NCBI GenBank assembly: GCA_043822165.1
Contig: JBDRCA010000163.1
Coordinates: 1-33,322 of the forward strand
Direction of reading: 5' to 3'
DNA from: Candidatus Altiarchaeota archaeon
GTDB lineage: Archaea; Altiarchaeota; Altiarchaeia; IMC4; SCGC-AAA252-I15
Length of the DNA: 33,322 bases
Numbering within the stretch: the stretch's first letter is position 1; the number at the start of each line of letters is the position of its first letter. Positions 15,346 to 24,468 of this stretch are shown piece after piece. The translations under genes and the position numbers were made by a program. Below the pieces are notes generated by a model. That model was not told where the DNA came from, did no database searches, and saw nothing but the letters and a program-made list of their open reading frames with translations.

Positions 15346-16203
15346 ATGAAAGACACCATCGCGCTGATGCGCCTGCCCCAGTGGTACAAAAACATCGTCG
15401 TATTCCTCGCCTTATTCTTCACGAACAACATGTTCAACATGCCGCTTCTCTCAAAGACTATCTTAGGTTTCATAAGCCTTTGCTTCGTCTCCTCGGCATA
15501 CTACATCGTAAACGACATACACGACGCCCCGCAAGACCGCAAACACCCGGAAAAGAAAAACCGCCCAATAGCATCCGGAAAAATAAGCGTACCCGCGGCA
15601 TGGACGCTAAGCATCACACTCTTCGCGGTATCGCTTGCATCAGCATACCAGCTAAAGCCGGTCTTCGCTCTCTTCCCCGCGGCGCTCTATCTAATAAACA
15701 TCCTATACTCCTACTCATTGAGGAAAATCGCGCTCGTAGACGTACACGTCATATCCCTCAACTTTCTATTGAAGGCAACAGCCGGCGCAGTCCTCATAGA
15801 TGTGCCCGCAAGCGTGTGGCTCATAGCATCAGTCTACTTCATAGCCTTATTTCTCGCAGTCTCGAAAAGACTCGGAGAACTAATGCTTCTTGGCGATGAA
15901 GCCCCGAAATTCAAGCAAGTCTACGAAGTCTACACACGCGAGCTTCTAGAGCGCATGATGCTCATAATAGTATCCATACTTCTTTTCACATACATCATGT
16001 ACACCTTCAAGGCGCACGAGAAACCATACATGATGCTCACCATCCCGTTCGCGTCATTCATGATCTTCAGGTACATGTACTTTATCTCAGTAAACCACGA
16101 GGCTGTAAGGCGCGCAGAATACATCTTCCGCGACAAGCAGATGCTCGCATGCTTTGCATTGTGGATTACTACAAGCTTCGTCATCCTAAAGTTTGTATTA
16201 TGA
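15346..16203 (+). CDS. UbiA-superfamily prenyltransferase, decaprenyl-phosphate 5-phosphoribosyltransferase (DPPR synthase)-like
   Basis: RLPQWYKNIVVFLALFF N-terminus, NDIHDAPQDRKHPEKKNRPIASGKIS (compare mycobacterial NDVRDVEADREHPTKRFRPIAAG, from memory), and second motif AVSKRLGEL...YEVYT. Confidence 0.75.
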   Translation: MKDTIALMRLPQWYKNIVVFLALFFTNNMFNMPLLSKTILGFISLCFVSSAYYIVNDIHDAPQDRKHPEKKNRPIASGKISVPAAWTLSITLFAVSLASAYQLKPVFALFPAALYLINILYSYSLRKIALVDVHVISLNFLLKATAGAVLIDVPASVWLIASVYFIALFLAVSKRLGELMLLGDEAPKFKQVYEVYTRELLERMMLIIVSILLFTYIMYTFKAHEKPYMMLTIPFASFMIFRYMYFISVNHEAVRRAEYIFRDKQMLACFALWITTSFVILKFVL

Positions 16204-16811
16204 AAAAAGACATGCATGTCCACTCCAATCACTCAAGAGACGGTGTGATGGAGGTCCCCGAAATACTTCGGATAGCGAAAGAGCGAGGCCTGGACGGCGT
16301 CGCCATAACAGACCACAACACCATCGCCGGCGGGCTTGAAGGCTTGAAGATATCCCAGGACTACGGGATCCAGGTAACCGTCGGCGCGGAAGTAAAAACC
16401 GACCAAGGCGAAGTCATAGGATACCACATAAACCACGAAATCGAGAGCACCGGCTTCTACGACGTAATAGACGAGATAAAGCGCCAGGGAGGCGTCGTCT
16501 CCATACCACACGCATTCGACGCCCTACGCTCAAGCGCCGTAAACTCCGAGAAACTGCTCGTCGAGTTCAAGGACCAGATAGACTACTTGGAAGTGAACGG
16601 GCGCACCCTCCCCTACTTCAACAACAAGGCCCGCGCCTTCGCGCAGGAACACGGAATACCCGTTATCGGCGGCTCAGACGCCCACATGCCGTGGGAGATA
16701 GGAAACACCTACACGGTATTCGACGACGGTACGAAAGTCGTGGGAAACGGCTCAGTGAAAGCACTATATCCGCTTGTGAGAACGAAGATATACAAGATAT
16801 TCAGAATTTAG
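16200..16811 (+). CDS. PHP-domain metal-dependent phosphoesterase
   Basis: DMHVHSNHSRDG, AITDHNT, SIPHAFD, GGSDAHMPWEIG motifs. Its ATG overlaps the UbiA stop (ATGA). Confidence 0.8.
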   Translation: MKKDMHVHSNHSRDGVMEVPEILRIAKERGLDGVAITDHNTIAGGLEGLKISQDYGIQVTVGAEVKTDQGEVIGYHINHEIESTGFYDVIDEIKRQGGVVSIPHAFDALRSSAVNSEKLLVEFKDQIDYLEVNGRTLPYFNNKARAFAQEHGIPVIGGSDAHMPWEIGNTYTVFDDGTKVVGNGSVKALYPLVRTKIYKIFRI

Positions 16812-17872
16812 TATTCCCTGAAAAGCCTTCCCCAATCTGTCTTCATGAATTCGTCAATCCTTTTTTTCCCTTCCGTGGGATACCACACGTAGTCGTGGAA
16901 CAAGGCACTGCCCCAGATGCAAAAATGAAAAAGAGGCGTATGAAAAATAAGGGGCTCAAGAATCGAGAGCGCCCCCTTCCTGAAGAGCTGGTCTGCGGCG
17001 ATGACGAGGCTTTTCTTGGCGTGAAAGCCGTAGTCGACTTTAGACACATCCTCTCCCACAACGTCTATCTGGTCGAAGTCGCCGACGCCCAGCCCCCGCT
17101 CATGTGCTATCTTTATGAACGGTATCTGTAAGGGATTGAACCCCATCATCTTGGCTGATACGGCGTCGATTGCGACCTGGTCTTCTGAGGCGAGGATGAA
17201 ATCCTTCACGTGCGGGTGCATGGCCCGCGGGCCCGCCCCGTCGCCTGCGACCGTCCCGTCGGTTACCGCGAAGATTCCTGTGTGAATCTCTTTTTGAATC
17301 ATGAGAAGGTCAACTAGTACCTCGTGAATTTTTTTGTGGCAGTGGTGTCTGCGCGATGTTATAAGCCCTCCGAAGGCGTTTTTCATGGTGCCAGTAATAG
17401 TCGTGTGTCCGTGAGTCTTCTGGGTTGGAAGATGTACCATGTTTTTCCCGATGAACAAATCGGGGATGTGGTTTGTGTTATGGAACACTTCATGCAATGC
17501 GAGAAGCTTCCCCCTTGGCTCATACGGGATCCAGTCAACGCCCGTTAACGGGATAAACTCTAAACCGAATTTTTTCAACACCCTGTCCCACTTATTCAAG
17601 CGCGCACCCTTGACGGGGTCCGTTACGACAGTCCGGTTTTCGACGGGAATAATGTTCCTGTATCCTCCCTCATACAAGGCGTTCAAGACGCCTTCAAGCT
17701 GCCACGGCGTAGTAGAGCAGCCCGGGAAGAAAAGACTCCACGAGAGATTAAGCTTGACGATAGTATCCTTGTCTTTCGGGAGCGCCTCCCGGTAGCCTCC
17801 AAGCTCCATGACCCTCCCGTAATCCGCGACGACGGAATCCGGCCGAGTCTTCAAAACCGCGACTTTGCTCAT
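16808..17872 (-). CDS. DUF362-domain protein, function unknown
   Basis: IVKLNLSW...TTPWQLEGV, PTQKTHGHTTITGTMKNAFGG, FAVTDGTVAGDGAGPRAM, ILASEDQVAIDAV.AKMMGFNP fit the DUF362 pattern. ATG at 17872 was preferred to the TTG at 17881. Last gene of the UDP-sugar operon. Confidence 0.7.
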   Translation of the reverse strand: MSKVAVLKTRPDSVVADYGRVMELGGYREALPKDKDTIVKLNLSWSLFFPGCSTTPWQLEGVLNALYEGGYRNIIPVENRTVVTDPVKGARLNKWDRVLKKFGLEFIPLTGVDWIPYEPRGKLLALHEVFHNTNHIPDLFIGKNMVHLPTQKTHGHTTITGTMKNAFGGLITSRRHHCHKKIHEVLVDLLMIQKEIHTGIFAVTDGTVAGDGAGPRAMHPHVKDFILASEDQVAIDAVSAKMMGFNPLQIPFIKIAHERGLGVGDFDQIDVVGEDVSKVDYGFHAKKSLVIAADQLFRKGALSILEPLIFHTPLFHFCIWGSALFHDYVWYPTEGKKRIDEFMKTDWGRLFREY

Positions 17873-17904
17873 GTCAGACAATTTAGACTGAAAGAATAAA
17901 TTCG

Positions 17905-18822
17905 TTATTTCCTGAAGTAGCCGGCGGTTTCTGAAAGCCCCTCGTCAAGACCGACTTTAGGCTTCCACGAAAGCTTTCTACGCGCAAGCTTTATGTCAAG
18001 GAAAATCCTCCGCACCTCGCCCTTGACTTCAGGCCCGTGGACGGGCAAAACACGTGAACCCGTAATATCCCTTATTTTCCCTGCTATCTCGTTGACGCTT
18101 GTTTCCACTCCGACGCCGATGTTGAATGCTCCCGCCTTGATTTTGCTTGAGATAGCAAGCATGTTCGCTTCCGCGACGTCTCCCACGTAGACGAAGTCCC
18201 TGGTCTGCTCTCCGTCGCCGAAGATTGTCGGGCTCTCGCCTTCCAGGAATTTTTTCGCAAAGATTGCGACGACTCCTGCTTCCCCGTGCGGGTCCTGGCG
18301 GGGCCCGTACACGTTCGAGTAGCGCAGCGCGACATAGTCTATCCCATAAAGGGCGTGGTACGTGTGCAGGAAGCTTTCGACCGAATACTTTGAGGCGCCA
18401 TACGGGCACAAAGGTCTTATGGGATGGTTTTCATCCGCCGGCAGATACTGTGGTTCCCCGTAGACTGCACCCCCAGATGACGCATACACAACCTTCCTGA
18501 CACCCGAATCCCTGCAGGCCTCCAAGAGATTCACGGAACCGGAAATATTCACGTTCGCGTCGAACACCGGGTCCTCAATCGACTTTCGGACGTTAATCTG
18601 CGCAGCCTGATGCACCACGACATCCGGCTCAACTTCGGACAAAACCCGGGAGAGCGCCGGGTCGCAGATGCTCGTCTCGTAAAACTTCACGGCAGAATTA
18701 AGATTCTTTCTGCTCCCGGTTGAGAGGTCATCGACGACAGAGACTTCGAATCCTTCTTGAATCAACCTGTCAGTAATATGGGAGCCTATGAATCCGGCGC
18801 CGCCAGTCACTAAGACCTTCAT
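17905..18822 (-). CDS. NAD-dependent UDP-hexose 4-epimerase-like SDR (GalE family)
   Basis: [18 protein letters not shown] catalytic motif, [39 protein letters not shown]. Confidence 0.8.
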   Translation of the reverse strand: MKVLVTGGAGFIGSHITDRLIQEGFEVSVVDDLSTGSRKNLNSAVKFYETSICDPALSRVLSEVEPDVVVHQAAQINVRKSIEDPVFDANVNISGSVNLLEACRDSGVRKVVYASSGGAVYGEPQYLPADENHPIRPLCPYGASKYSVESFLHTYHALYGIDYVALRYSNVYGPRQDPHGEAGVVAIFAKKFLEGESPTIFGDGEQTRDFVYVGDVAEANMLAISSKIKAGAFNIGVGVETSVNEIAGKIRDITGSRVLPVHGPEVKGEVRRIFLDIKLARRKLSWKPKVGLDEGLSETAGYFRK

Positions 18823-19751
18823 TTCAAGCCCTTGAAGTATTCCACCGTCTTGGCAAGACCGTCCTCAAGGGATACAGTCGGCTTCCACTCAAGGATTTTC
18901 TTGGCTTTCGAAATGTCCGGCTGCCTCACCTTCGGGTCATCGACCGGCAAAGGCTTAAAGACTATCTCGGACGAGGAACCAGTAACCTCGATTATTTTTT
19001 CCGCAAGCTCGAGTATCGTCATCTCAGAGGGGTTACCGAGGTTCACGGGCTCGTTTTCACCCGACTTCATAAGCCTTACTATCCCCTCTATGAGATCGTC
19101 TACGTAACAAAATGATCTAGTCTGATGCCCGTCCCCGAACACGGTTAAGGGCTCGTTTTCAATCGCCTGGTTTATGAATGCGGGAATGGCCCGCCCGTCG
19201 CGCGCGCGCATCCTAGGGCCATAAGTATTGAATATCCTGACAATCCTCGTGTCTATGCCGTGAACTCGGTGATAAGCCATAGTCATTGCCTCCGCGAACC
19301 TTTTCGCCTCGTCATAGACGCCGCGCGGCCCAATCGGGTTAACGTTTCCCCAATACGACTCAGGCTGCGGGTGAATAAGCGGGTCCCCATACACCTCGGA
19401 CGTTGAAGCTAGGAAAAAAACCGCCTTCTTAGCGCACGCAAGACCCAGCGCATTATGCGTACCCAGAGAACCAACTTTGAGCGTCTGAATCGGAAGCTCA
19501 AGGTAATCAATAGGGCTTGCGGGAGAGGCGAAATGCATTATGAAATCAAGCTCGCCATCCACTCTAATGAACTTGGAAACATCATGCTCGACGAACTCTA
19601 TGTTCTCCTCCCCCCTAAGATGCTCAATGTTCTTGGAATTGCCGGTAATATAATTGTCCATGCAGACGACCTCAAAACCGTCTGCGACAAGGCGCTCGCA
19701 CAAATGCGAGCCAATAAATCCAGCACCACCGGTTACTAAAACCCTGCTCAT
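18819..19751 (-). CDS. uxs: UDP-glucuronate decarboxylase (UDP-xylose synthase)
   Basis: [88 protein letters not shown] are hallmark UXS motifs. Confidence 0.9.
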   Translation of the reverse strand: MSRVLVTGGAGFIGSHLCERLVADGFEVVCMDNYITGNSKNIEHLRGEENIEFVEHDVSKFIRVDGELDFIMHFASPASPIDYLELPIQTLKVGSLGTHNALGLACAKKAVFFLASTSEVYGDPLIHPQPESYWGNVNPIGPRGVYDEAKRFAEAMTMAYHRVHGIDTRIVRIFNTYGPRMRARDGRAIPAFINQAIENEPLTVFGDGHQTRSFCYVDDLIEGIVRLMKSGENEPVNLGNPSEMTILELAEKIIEVTGSSSEIVFKPLPVDDPKVRQPDISKAKKILEWKPTVSLEDGLAKTVEYFKGLK

Positions 19752-20599
19752 TTTAATGTCTTAAGATAAGCCTTGAATTCGTCCTTCAAGTCGTCTCGCA
19801 TGAGGGCGTAGTCAACCATGGCCTTAACGTAGTCGATTTTCTTCCCCAAGTCGTAGCGGACTCCCTCAAAGTTGCAGGCATACATCTTCTGTCTCTTGTT
19901 AAGAATCTTTAAGGCGTCGGTAAGCTGTATCTCCCCGCCTTTACCCTTCCTGGTGCTTCGTATCGCGTCGAATATGTCCGGCGTTAAGACGTATCTACCG
20001 ATTATCCCCAGGTTAGACGGCGCATCCTCCGCCTTGGGTTTTTCGACGAGGTCCTTTACAAGGTATATCGACTTTTCGACTTCCTCCCCGTCAACTATTC
20101 CGTATGCATGAACCATATCCTCCAGCACCTCCTCGACGGCGATAATCGGGGACTTGTACTTCCCATACCAGTCGATAATCTGCTTGGTGCACGGAACCTT
20201 AGAATGCACGATGTCATCACCCAGAAGAACCACGAACGGCTCGTCGTTCACGTGCTTTTCAGCGCACAAAATAGCGTGACCCAAACCCATGGCCTCTTTT
20301 TGCCTGATAAAATGAATATCAGCCAAATCCGCGATCCGCTCCATGTCAGCCAAAAGCTTCTCGTTACCCTGCTTTTTCAGTATCATCTCAAGCTCGACGG
20401 AGCGGTCGAAGTGGTCTTCGATCGCTCTTTTGCCGCGCCCGGTGATGATTAGTATGTCGTCTATCCCTGATGCCACGACTTCTTCGACGACCATCTGTAT
20501 GGCGGGTTTGTCAACGAGCGGCAGCATCTCCTTGGGTTGGGCTTTAGTTGCCGGCAGAAATCTTGTTCCGTGGCCTGCGGCCGGTATTACTGCTTTCAT
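19748..20599 (-). CDS. galU: UTP--glucose-1-phosphate uridylyltransferase
   Basis: [46 protein letters not shown] motifs. Confidence 0.9.
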   Translation of the reverse strand: MKAVIPAAGHGTRFLPATKAQPKEMLPLVDKPAIQMVVEEVVASGIDDILIITGRGKRAIEDHFDRSVELEMILKKQGNEKLLADMERIADLADIHFIRQKEAMGLGHAILCAEKHVNDEPFVVLLGDDIVHSKVPCTKQIIDWYGKYKSPIIAVEEVLEDMVHAYGIVDGEEVEKSIYLVKDLVEKPKAEDAPSNLGIIGRYVLTPDIFDAIRSTRKGKGGEIQLTDALKILNKRQKMYACNFEGVRYDLGKKIDYVKAMVDYALMRDDLKDEFKAYLKTLK

Positions 20600-20605
20600 T
20601 TCACG

Positions 20606-21898
20606 TCACCAACATAATCCTTCATAAGATACGTCTTTCGGGAGAAGGTCGGTATTTACTATCTTTCTTGTGTCAAATATCTTCTTCTCCTTCATTGATG
20701 AGCAGTCAATGCTTTTAAATTCCTTCCACTCCGTCAGGACGAGCGCAAGGCTCGCGTCTTTGAGTGCCTCTTTCGCAGATGAACAGTAGGTTACCTTGTC
20801 TCCTAATGCTTTCTCGGCGTTCGCGCGCGCCTGCGGGTCGTATGCATAAATGTTCGCCCCCTCTTTAGCGAGCGCAGCTACTATTGGAATGGCGGGGCTC
20901 TCCCGTATGTCATCTGTCCCCTCCTTGAATGCCAAACCCAAAACACCGATTCTTTTCCCCTTAAGGGGGGCGTACTTTTTCTTGACGAGCTCTACTACGC
21001 GCCTGGGCTGGTTCCTGTTGACTTCAAGCACGCTTTCAAGCAGCAGGGGTTTGGTGCCGACTTTTTTCGCCTTGTATACGAGGGCTGAAACATCCTTGGG
21101 GAAGCAGGAGCCTCCGAATCCGGGGCCGGCGTTCAAAAAATTCGGGGAAATCCTCTTGTCCATGCCGACTCCCTTGGCGACGTCATAAACGTCAATTCCC
21201 ATTTCCTTGCACATGTTGCCGACCTCGTTTATAAAGCTTATCTTAGTGGCTAAAAGAGAATTAGAGGTATACTTTATCATCTCCGCAGTCTTAAGGTTAG
21301 TCCGAAGCACGGGGGAAGTAAAGTCGAAGTAGATGCTCTCTACGAGGTCTCCGGACTTCTGGTCGATTGAGCCTATTACTATGCGGTCTGGGTTTGCGAA
21401 GTCTTGGAGGGCGACGCCTTCCCGCAGGAATTCCGGGTTCATGGCAACACCGAAGTCTTTGCCTGCTTTTTTCCCGGAGTGTTTTTCGACGAGCGGTATT
21501 ACGACTTCTTCGGTCGAGCCGGGGATGACGGTGCTTTTTACGACGACTACGTGGTAGTCTTCCTTGTCTTTCAGTATTCTCCCGATGTCTTCGGCGACCT
21601 GTCTCACGTACTTTAAGTCGACTTGTCCTTCGCTGCTAGAAGGCGTCCCCACACTAATAAAAGTTGCATCCGTTGAGAGCACTGCTTCGCGCAGATTGCT
21701 CGTCGCCTTAAGGTTTCTCCCGACGACGACGGCTAGTATGTCGTCTAGTCCTTCCTCGTATATGGGGGCTATCTTCGAGTTTATGAGCGCTACTTTTTCC
21801 TCGTCTACGTCGACGCAGACTACGTTGTGCCCTTTTTCCGCGAATCCCGCGCCCGTTACAAGCCCTACGTATCCTGTGCCTACTATTGAGATGTTCAT
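20606..21898 (-). CDS. ugd: UDP-glucose 6-dehydrogenase
   Basis: ISIVGTGYVGLVTGAGFAEKGH, NPEFLREG, GFGGSCFPKD catalytic Cys, GLAFKEGTDDIRESPA. ATG at 21898 was preferred to the TTG at 21904. Confidence 0.9.
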   Translation of the reverse strand: MNISIVGTGYVGLVTGAGFAEKGHNVVCVDVDEEKVALINSKIAPIYEEGLDDILAVVVGRNLKATSNLREAVLSTDATFISVGTPSSSEGQVDLKYVRQVAEDIGRILKDKEDYHVVVVKSTVIPGSTEEVVIPLVEKHSGKKAGKDFGVAMNPEFLREGVALQDFANPDRIVIGSIDQKSGDLVESIYFDFTSPVLRTNLKTAEMIKYTSNSLLATKISFINEVGNMCKEMGIDVYDVAKGVGMDKRISPNFLNAGPGFGGSCFPKDVSALVYKAKKVGTKPLLLESVLEVNRNQPRRVVELVKKKYAPLKGKRIGVLGLAFKEGTDDIRESPAIPIVAALAKEGANIYAYDPQARANAEKALGDKVTYCSSAKEALKDASLALVLTEWKEFKSIDCSSMKEKKIFDTRKIVNTDLLPKDVSYEGLCW

Positions 21899-21940
21899 CT
21901 TCAAAGGTGATTTAAAATATACTCTGGCTATTAATTAAAT

Positions 21941-22303
21941 ATGAGGTTTATAGACGTCAAAGTCATCGATAAGCCGTGGGGCCGGGAAATCATAATCGGC
22001 GTCGAAGACGAGTACGCAGGAAAGATAATCGAGGTCACTAAAGGGCACAGGTTAAGCTACCAGTACCACGAGCGCAAGAAGGAGACCATGCACGTCTATG
22101 CCGGGGAGATGAAGCTTATCCACGAGGACGGTGAAATAGTGATGAAGCCCGGCGACTCCATCACGCTTCACCCGGGAGACAAGCACCGGATAGAGGCGTT
22201 AACGGACGTGAAAGTAATCGAAGTATCAACATCCCACCTCGATGATGTCGTAAGAATCGAGGACGACTACGGCAGAATAGAAAAAGACGAAGTCATAGAA
22301 TAG
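21941..22303 (+). CDS. Cupin-domain protein resembling the type II phosphomannose isomerase (ManC C-terminal) domain
   Basis: KPWGRE..., KGHRLSYQYHERKKETMHV..GE, PGDKHRIEA, IEVSTSHLDDVVRIEDDYGR. Confidence 0.7.
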   Translation: MRFIDVKVIDKPWGREIIIGVEDEYAGKIIEVTKGHRLSYQYHERKKETMHVYAGEMKLIHEDGEIVMKPGDSITLHPGDKHRIEALTDVKVIEVSTSHLDDVVRIEDDYGRIEKDEVIE

Positions 22304-23078
22304 GCGGGAGCCCGCACTTGTGCCTGTTTGCTTTAACTCTGCCTGAGATCCTATCTACTTCCTCACGGTCTGCGCCTGACTTACAGGCATCATCCACGGT
22401 TTTCCCCTCATCAATCAAGGCGTAGAGTATCCTATCCGCCTGCTCGTATGTTATTCCAAGTTCTCCCTCGTCTGTCTGTCCCTGCCAGAGCCCAGCCGAC
22501 GGGGGCTTATCGATTATCTTTTTTGGCACACCAATGTATTGCGCGACTTGTCTTACTTGCGTCTTGTAGAGGCTTCCAATAGGGAGCACGTCCACTCCCC
22601 CGTCCCCGTATTTCGTGAAGTAGCCCAACGCCAGTTCCGTCTTGTTTCCGGTGCCCAACACTATCCTGTCGTCAAGGTTTGCTGCAAGATAATTTAAGAT
22701 CATCCTCGTCCTGGGCCGGATGTTTGCTTTCCCAAGTTTTATGTTTTCACGCGGAAACTTACTCCAAGGAAAGGCTTTCTCGACTGCATCTGCAATCCAT
22801 TCTATCGGGATTACCTCATAGACTACTCCAAGCTTTTTAGCGTAGGATTCTGCGTGGCGCAAGTCTTCTTCCTTGTTTACTCCGGTCTCCGGCATAAGGA
22901 GCGCCTTCACGTCCACACCGGATTTTGCGGCAAGGGCGAGGACCACCGCCGAGTCAAGGCCTCCGGAGAAGGCGACGACAACGCCGTTTGCGTTCGCATC
23001 CTCCACGTAGCCTGCAATATTTGCCGTTATGCGCTCCACGCTTTCCTTGATTTCCCGTTCACTCAGCCGTAGTGTCAT
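22293..23078 (-). CDS. nadE: NH3-dependent NAD+ synthetase
   Basis: PP-loop FSGGLDSAVV, GTGNKTELALGYFTKYGDGGVDVLPIGSLYKTQV, PPSAGLWQGQTDEGELG. Confidence 0.9.
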   Translation of the reverse strand: MTLRLSEREIKESVERITANIAGYVEDANANGVVVAFSGGLDSAVVLALAAKSGVDVKALLMPETGVNKEEDLRHAESYAKKLGVVYEVIPIEWIADAVEKAFPWSKFPRENIKLGKANIRPRTRMILNYLAANLDDRIVLGTGNKTELALGYFTKYGDGGVDVLPIGSLYKTQVRQVAQYIGVPKKIIDKPPSAGLWQGQTDEGELGITYEQADRILYALIDEGKTVDDACKSGADREEVDRISGRVKANRHKCGLPPIL

Positions 23079-23735
23079 CCTGGATGATATACTCTAGTTC
23101 ATAAGGGTTTATTACCGGTTTATCGAAGTGGTCTTCCGTGATTCTCGGGCATGCAGTATTCACCCACGCATCCACTTGGAATGCGAGCACGTTATCCGGG
23201 CTCGTTCCTCGCCTGCGAAGAAGAAGGCTTTCTTGCCCGCAGCCTCAAGCCTATCCTTGATGTTCCAGGCTTCTTTTGCTTTCATCTGGCGGGTTTTAGT
23301 AGACACCAGTATCCCGAAGGTTTCCGCCGACGATGCTCTCGCGATTCTGCCTTTCCTCTTCGTTGTCAGTCTTGCGGCGTCTTCATCAGTTACTGGGGTT
23401 ATTTCGCGGGTTTCCGTGTTCAAGACGAGCACTCTCTTGCCTGTGTCGCAGGCAATCTTTAGGGGATGGAATCTACCGGAACCAACGTATAGTATGCACT
23501 CGACGCCTCCTGCAATCTTTGCCGCGTTTTGCGTGTCGCAGCCGAGAACCTGCCCGCCGACGAGCGCTTTTTTCCCGCTAGCCTCAAGACGTTTTTTCAC
23601 GTCTGGAAGAGTGTGCAGGTGCTGTATGGTGGATACGAGCCCGATTGTATTGAATTCTTTTAGTAGGCTCTGGTTTTCTTCCAGAATGGGCAGCGGATCT
23701 ATCCTGCTTTTGCAGGCTACATAGATCGTTTTCAT
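23059..23735 (-). pseudogene. dph2: Diphthamide synthase Dph2 remnant: N-terminal domain absent and a frameshift near 23191-23215
   Basis: Frame A (23160-23735) aligns with domains 2-3 of archaeal Dph2 (GQVLGCDTQ, YVGSGRFHPL, FGILVSTK). The family continues in another frame as TSPDNVLAFQVDAWVNTACPRITEDHFDKPVINPYE..., ending at 23059 inside the nadE start. No counterpart exists for the first ~95 residues, including the first cluster Cys. Confidence 0.7.
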
Positions 23736-24409
23736 CAATCCTTCTTTTTCTCAGGGCTCTTCCACACTTCAGTGTAGGATACTTCGGTTGACTGCATGAA
23801 CCTGAATAGTTCCGCCGACAAAGACGCTTTGCGGACGATGGCTGCCCTGTCACGGTAGGCTTTCTCGGGCACAGTTACCTCCACTTTCTTGCCCGTGACT
23901 TTAACGTCGAATCCTTCAACTGAACCGAAGTTTTTCTCGACCAGAAACAACGCCTTCTCCTTGTCGGTCGCGGATTCGGAGACGACGTTTAAGTCGTAGA
24001 CGAGCGTCTTGCCAGCCAAGTCGTGGTTGAAGTCTACTCGCACGCGCCCTCCTGCAACGGTCTGCACGCGGGCCGGCTGGCCGTCAAGCTCAACAGGCAT
24101 TCCCGGCATTGGATTGATTTTTTCTTTCTTGAAGACTTTGAGCGGCACAATCCGCAGGAGCGCGGGATTCCTGTCTCCGTAGGCTTTCTCTGGGGGGATT
24201 TCGATTTTCTGTTTCTCGCCGACTTTGGCTTTCGCAAGCGCCTCGTCCAATCCTTTGATGACTTGGCCTTCCCCGACTATTATCGGCGCCGCAGCGTATG
24301 TTCTCTTGTCGTCGAATATTCCGGCGTCTTTCGCCTTTTTCTCGTCGGTTGTGTCGAAGACTTGCCCGTCCTTTATCTGGGCTGTGTAGTCTATCTTAAT
24401 GAATCTCAT
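23735..24409 (-). CDS. Archaeal long-type FKBP peptidyl-prolyl cis-trans isomerase with insert-in-flap domain (SlyD/FKBP26-like)
   Basis: IKIDYTAQIKDGQVFDTT, PIIVGEGQVIKGLDEAL, IPPEKAYGDRNP, VRVDFNHDLAGKTLVYDLNVV. Confidence 0.85.
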   Translation of the reverse strand: MRFIKIDYTAQIKDGQVFDTTDEKKAKDAGIFDDKRTYAAAPIIVGEGQVIKGLDEALAKAKVGEKQKIEIPPEKAYGDRNPALLRIVPLKVFKKEKINPMPGMPVELDGQPARVQTVAGGRVRVDFNHDLAGKTLVYDLNVVSESATDKEKALFLVEKNFGSVEGFDVKVTGKKVEVTVPEKAYRDRAAIVRKASLSAELFRFMQSTEVSYTEVWKSPEKKKD

Positions 24410-24426
24410 GGGTAATGATTGTGCAT

Positions 24427-24444
24427 TTATTTATTAATAAATAA
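24427..24444. promoter_or_regulatory. Perfect 18-bp AT-only palindrome ttatttattaataaataa centred between divergent genes; likely a symmetric bidirectional TATA/promoter or regulator site
   Basis: Self-complementarity was checked base by base. It lies 18 nt from the FKBP ATG (24409) and 25 nt from the ATG at 24469. Confidence 0.4.
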
Positions 24445-24468
24445 GTCTGCAAAGTATTTAGAGCTATC

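Noticed and set aside
15381-15899. 172-aa Arg/His-rich ORF in an alternative frame of the UbiA gene
   Set aside because: It is on the same strand as, and out of frame with, a gene that has clear UbiA motifs and TM helices, and its composition is implausible for a real protein.
23128-23724. 198-aa plus-strand ORF, with overlapping 103-aa and 82-aa ORFs
   Set aside because: It lies antisense to the Dph2-homologous frame, is Ser/Arg/Phe-rich and low in complexity, and has no motif. This is a typical shadow ORF.
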